From contig OY762897.2 of the NCBI GenBank assembly GCA_963666515.2, positions 608,001-672,000 of the forward strand: a DNA stretch of 64,000 nucleotides, given 5' to 3'. Positions 61,795 through 64,000 of the stretch are shown here, one piece after another. Below the pieces are notes generated by a model that made no database searches, was not told where the DNA came from, and saw nothing but the letters and a program-made list of their open reading frames with translations. This DNA comes from Candidatus Binatia bacterium. GTDB taxonomy: Bacteria; Desulfobacterota; Binatia; UBA9968; JAJDTQ01. The translations under genes and the position numbers were made by a program. Numbering within the stretch: position 1 is the stretch's first letter; the number at the start of each line of letters is the position of its first letter.

Positions 61795-62235
61795 CTAGCC
61801 GCAGCCGCCCACCGTCACGATGATCCGGCGGGAGGCCGTGCGGAACGTGCCGTCGGCCATCTCCGCGACGGCGATCAGTTTCTGGCTCTTGGCCAGCCGG
61901 ATGCGGGTCGATGCCGCGGGCGTCGCTCCCTTTCCGAAGGTGAAGACGGCGACGTCGGGATACGGATTGCCGTCGTTGAACACGGCGATGCGCCGGGCGT
62001 TCCGGGCGGAGACCCGGATCGGCACGGAGCCGCCGTTATCGGCGATCTCCGGCGCCTCGATGCGGACGCCGCCCTCCACCGGCGCCGCTCCCTTGGTGAA
62101 CGCGGCGATGGCTCGCGAGGTCTTGTCCTTGGCGGCCCGGGCCGCACCGACGGGAAGGAAACCGGCGAGGCCGGCTGCCAGCGCCGCCAGCGCTGTGCCG
62201 GCGAAGGAGAGTATTTCTCTGCGTGTGGCTTTCAT
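61795..62235 (-). CDS. soxY: Sulfur carrier subunit SoxY
   Basis: Tat-like TRREIL; APEIADNGGSVP, NP.P, STRIRLA and C-terminal VTVGGCG. Confidence 0.93.
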   Translation of the reverse strand: MKATRREILSFAGTALAALAAGLAGFLPVGAARAAKDKTSRAIAAFTKGAAPVEGGVRIEAPEIADNGGSVPIRVSARNARRIAVFNDGNPYPDVAVFTFGKGATPAASTRIRLAKSQKLIAVAEMADGTFRTASRRIIVTVGGCG

Positions 62236-62249
62236 GATGGGCTACTCTT

Positions 62250-62284
62250 ATAGTAGACGCTCGAAACCCACAACGAAAGAGGGC
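62250..62284 (+). repeat. Duplicated segment (copy 2); minus strand reads TTTCGT-N17-TACTAT (promoter-like)
   Basis: atagtagacgctcgaaacccacaacgaaagagggc versus copy 1 at 58239-58275. Confidence 0.8.
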
Positions 62285-62288
62285 GTCC

Positions 62289-63281
62289 ATGAAATTCGGC
62301 CTGTTCATCATCGGCGACGACGACCCGGCGCTCAAGCTCGACCTTAAGGGCTACTACGAGCGGATGCTGGAGCAGGTCCGCTACGGCGAGTCCCTGGGCT
62401 ACGAGTGCTTCTGGTTCGGTGAGCACCACTTCGACTTCCACGGCGTCATCCCGTCGCCCACCGTGCTCATGTCGGCGGCTGCCACGTGCACGGACTCCAT
62501 CCGCCTCGGTGTCGCGGTAGCGCTCTTGCCGTACCGCGACCCGATCCTGACCGCCGAAGAGTACGCCATGATCGACGTGCTGAGCGGCGGCCGGCTCGAC
62601 TTCGGGGTGGGGCGCGGCACGCCGCCGGAGCTGGTCGGCTTCGGCGTCAAGGAGGACAACCGGGACCTCTTGGTGGAGAGCCTGGAGGTCGTCGAGATGG
62701 CGTGGCGCGAGGGGAGGGTGTCCTACCAGGGACGGTTCCACCAAATCGACGATGTGTCCCTGAACGTGCTGCCGGTCCAGCGCCCCGTGCCGCCCGTCTA
62801 TTTCGCCGCCTTGAGCCAGGGCTCATACGAGGTGGCCGGGGAGCGCGGCTACCCGATCCTGGGAATCCCCTTCGCGAGTTGCAAGGACTGGGCCGAGGTG
62901 AAGCGCAAGGTGTCCTACTACAAGGAGACCCTGCACCAGAACTGCCACGACCCCGCCACCCTGGACGTGGGCCAGACCATCCACACCCACGTGGCCGAAT
63001 CGGACGCCGCCGCCCGCCGCCGCGCCCGCCCCGCCATGAGCCGCTACTATGAGGCGCGCAAATCCGTGCGCCCCCGCGGCTACGACGAGCTGGACCGCGG
63101 CCGCATGCTCATGGTCGGCGGCCCCGGCCGCTGCATCGAGCAGATCCAGGAGATCGCCGACACCGGCGCCAACTACGTCATCTTTTCCATGAACTTCGCC
63201 GGCCTCGACCAGGCGAGCATCCTCGACTCCATGGCGATGATGGCGGAGGAGGTGCTGCCGAAGGTCGGCGCTCGCGGGTAG
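62289..63281 (+). CDS. LLM-class flavin-dependent oxidoreductase (LuxA-like)
   Basis: WFGEHHF, IRLGVAV, AEEYAMIDVLSGGRLDFGVGRG and PVQRP motifs. Confidence 0.92.
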   Translation: MKFGLFIIGDDDPALKLDLKGYYERMLEQVRYGESLGYECFWFGEHHFDFHGVIPSPTVLMSAAATCTDSIRLGVAVALLPYRDPILTAEEYAMIDVLSGGRLDFGVGRGTPPELVGFGVKEDNRDLLVESLEVVEMAWREGRVSYQGRFHQIDDVSLNVLPVQRPVPPVYFAALSQGSYEVAGERGYPILGIPFASCKDWAEVKRKVSYYKETLHQNCHDPATLDVGQTIHTHVAESDAAARRRARPAMSRYYEARKSVRPRGYDELDRGRMLMVGGPGRCIEQIQEIADTGANYVIFSMNFAGLDQASILDSMAMMAEEVLPKVGARG

Positions 63282-63317
63282 CGTGTGGCGGACCTGACCG
63301 AAGGTTCGTCGAGAAGC

Positions 63318-63362
63318 GACTTTTTGTCAGACAACTATCGAAAAGCCTTGACTTTTTGTCAG
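63318..63362 (+). repeat. 13-bp direct repeat gactttttgtcag, two copies
   Basis: Copies at 63318-63330 and 63350-63362. Confidence 0.65.
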
Positions 63363-63373
63363 TTGGGTGACGA

Positions 63374-63523
63374 ATAGTCGGTCCGGTTCCGAGCTTCGGC
63401 AAGACCACGCTTTCCAGGATGCTTCACCCGGACCACCTCAGTCCTGCCAGGGACAGTTCCACCGACATCGACGACGACTCCTTTCGCACGAGTCGTGCGA
63501 AGGTTGAACCTGAAACGAGATAG
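63374..63523 (+). pseudogene. Possible remnant of a P-loop ATPase gene
   Basis: A frame without a start codon reads IVGPVPSFGKTTLSRML..., a distorted Walker A motif. Confidence 0.3.
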
Positions 63524-63578
63524 TCAGTGGCGGTACCTTGGTTGAATTGCCTGCGGCAATGCCGAATACTGGAATTCA

Positions 63579-63911
63579 ATGCGATTGTTCCGCACCCGCA
63601 CATATGAACGCGCTATTCGTAAGCTGCTCTCGAAAGACGCTCGCGCGGAGATGGAGGCGTCGATTGCTGCGGCTCCCCGCGCGGGGTCTGTCATCAGGGG
63701 GACCGGAGGAATACGCAAACTGCGCTGGGCGGTCTCCGGTCAGGGGAAACGAGGGGGTATCAGGACGATCTATTTCCACCACGCCGAGCCTGAAGTCGTC
63801 TATTTGTTGACTGCCTACGCGAAGGCGGATCGAGACGACCTGACCTCGGGGGATATCAGGGTGCTGTCGCGGCTGGTAGCCGAGATCAAGAAAGCGAGGA
63901 AGGAAGAATGA
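63579..63911 (+). CDS. higB: RelE/HigB-family toxin
   Basis: G.VI.GTGGIRKLRW...GKRGGIRTIYF...LLTAYAK motifs. Confidence 0.88.
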   Translation: MRLFRTRTYERAIRKLLSKDARAEMEASIAAAPRAGSVIRGTGGIRKLRWAVSGQGKRGGIRTIYFHHAEPEVVYLLTAYAKADRDDLTSGDIRVLSRLVAEIKKARKEE

Positions 63912-64000
63912 CCACGGGACGAACCGACGTGGGACGTGAGATCGAGGAGGCACTGGGCGAGGTCCTTTCTCATGTCCGTGGTGAAACCCAACTTCCGTAC
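63908..64000 (+). CDS. higA: HigA-type antitoxin, N-terminus only (truncated by the window end)
   Basis: ATGA overlap with the toxin stop; MTTGRTDVGREIEEALGEVLSHVRG resembles HigA N-termini. Confidence 0.7.
   Translation, partial: MTTGRTDVGREIEEALGEVLSHVRGETQLPY

Overview
High-GC bacterial chromosomal window, densely coding (about 65 genes). No rRNA, tRNA, CRISPR array or intact transposase was recognised. The gene content suggests a deltaproteobacteria-like (possibly Binatia-type) organism, but this is inference only. In order, the window holds: the tail of a cytochrome c oxidase operon; an AfuABC-type ABC transporter with an inositol-monophosphatase-family gene; nadX plus a TPP enzyme; a NotI-like type II restriction-modification pair; MFS/RidA genes; an ECF sigma/anti-sigma/Spy-like module; a TAXI-TRAP system with tandem binding proteins; and a ~26 kb uncharacterised catabolic region (hydantoinase/oxoprolinase AB, fused and split VOC proteins, a NicX/M29-like protein, two SDRs with WxxxR instead of YxxxK, three homogentisate-dioxygenase-like bicupins, metal-free M24, LLM, OCD, a decarboxylase-like protein and a Ser-less alpha/beta hydrolase). 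After that come mltB, a PuuE-like deacetylase, an MNIO (DUF692) + DUF2063-like partner + HlyB-like exporter + degenerate SDR operon with no visible precursor, a yeeE-soxFEZY cassette bounded by a duplicated promoter-like segment, and a higBA-type toxin-antitoxin pair. Strongest leads: (1) the precursor-less MNIO/type-I-exporter operon; (2) an identical GGAACC-N6-CGTCTAAT motif upstream of both the ECF sigma gene and its likely target, with ECF-like -35/-10 boxes one helical turn closer than normal; (3) the catabolic cluster full of enzymes with substituted catalytic residues; (4) the duplication scar around the sox cassette. All calls come from manual motif reading; no database searches were run.
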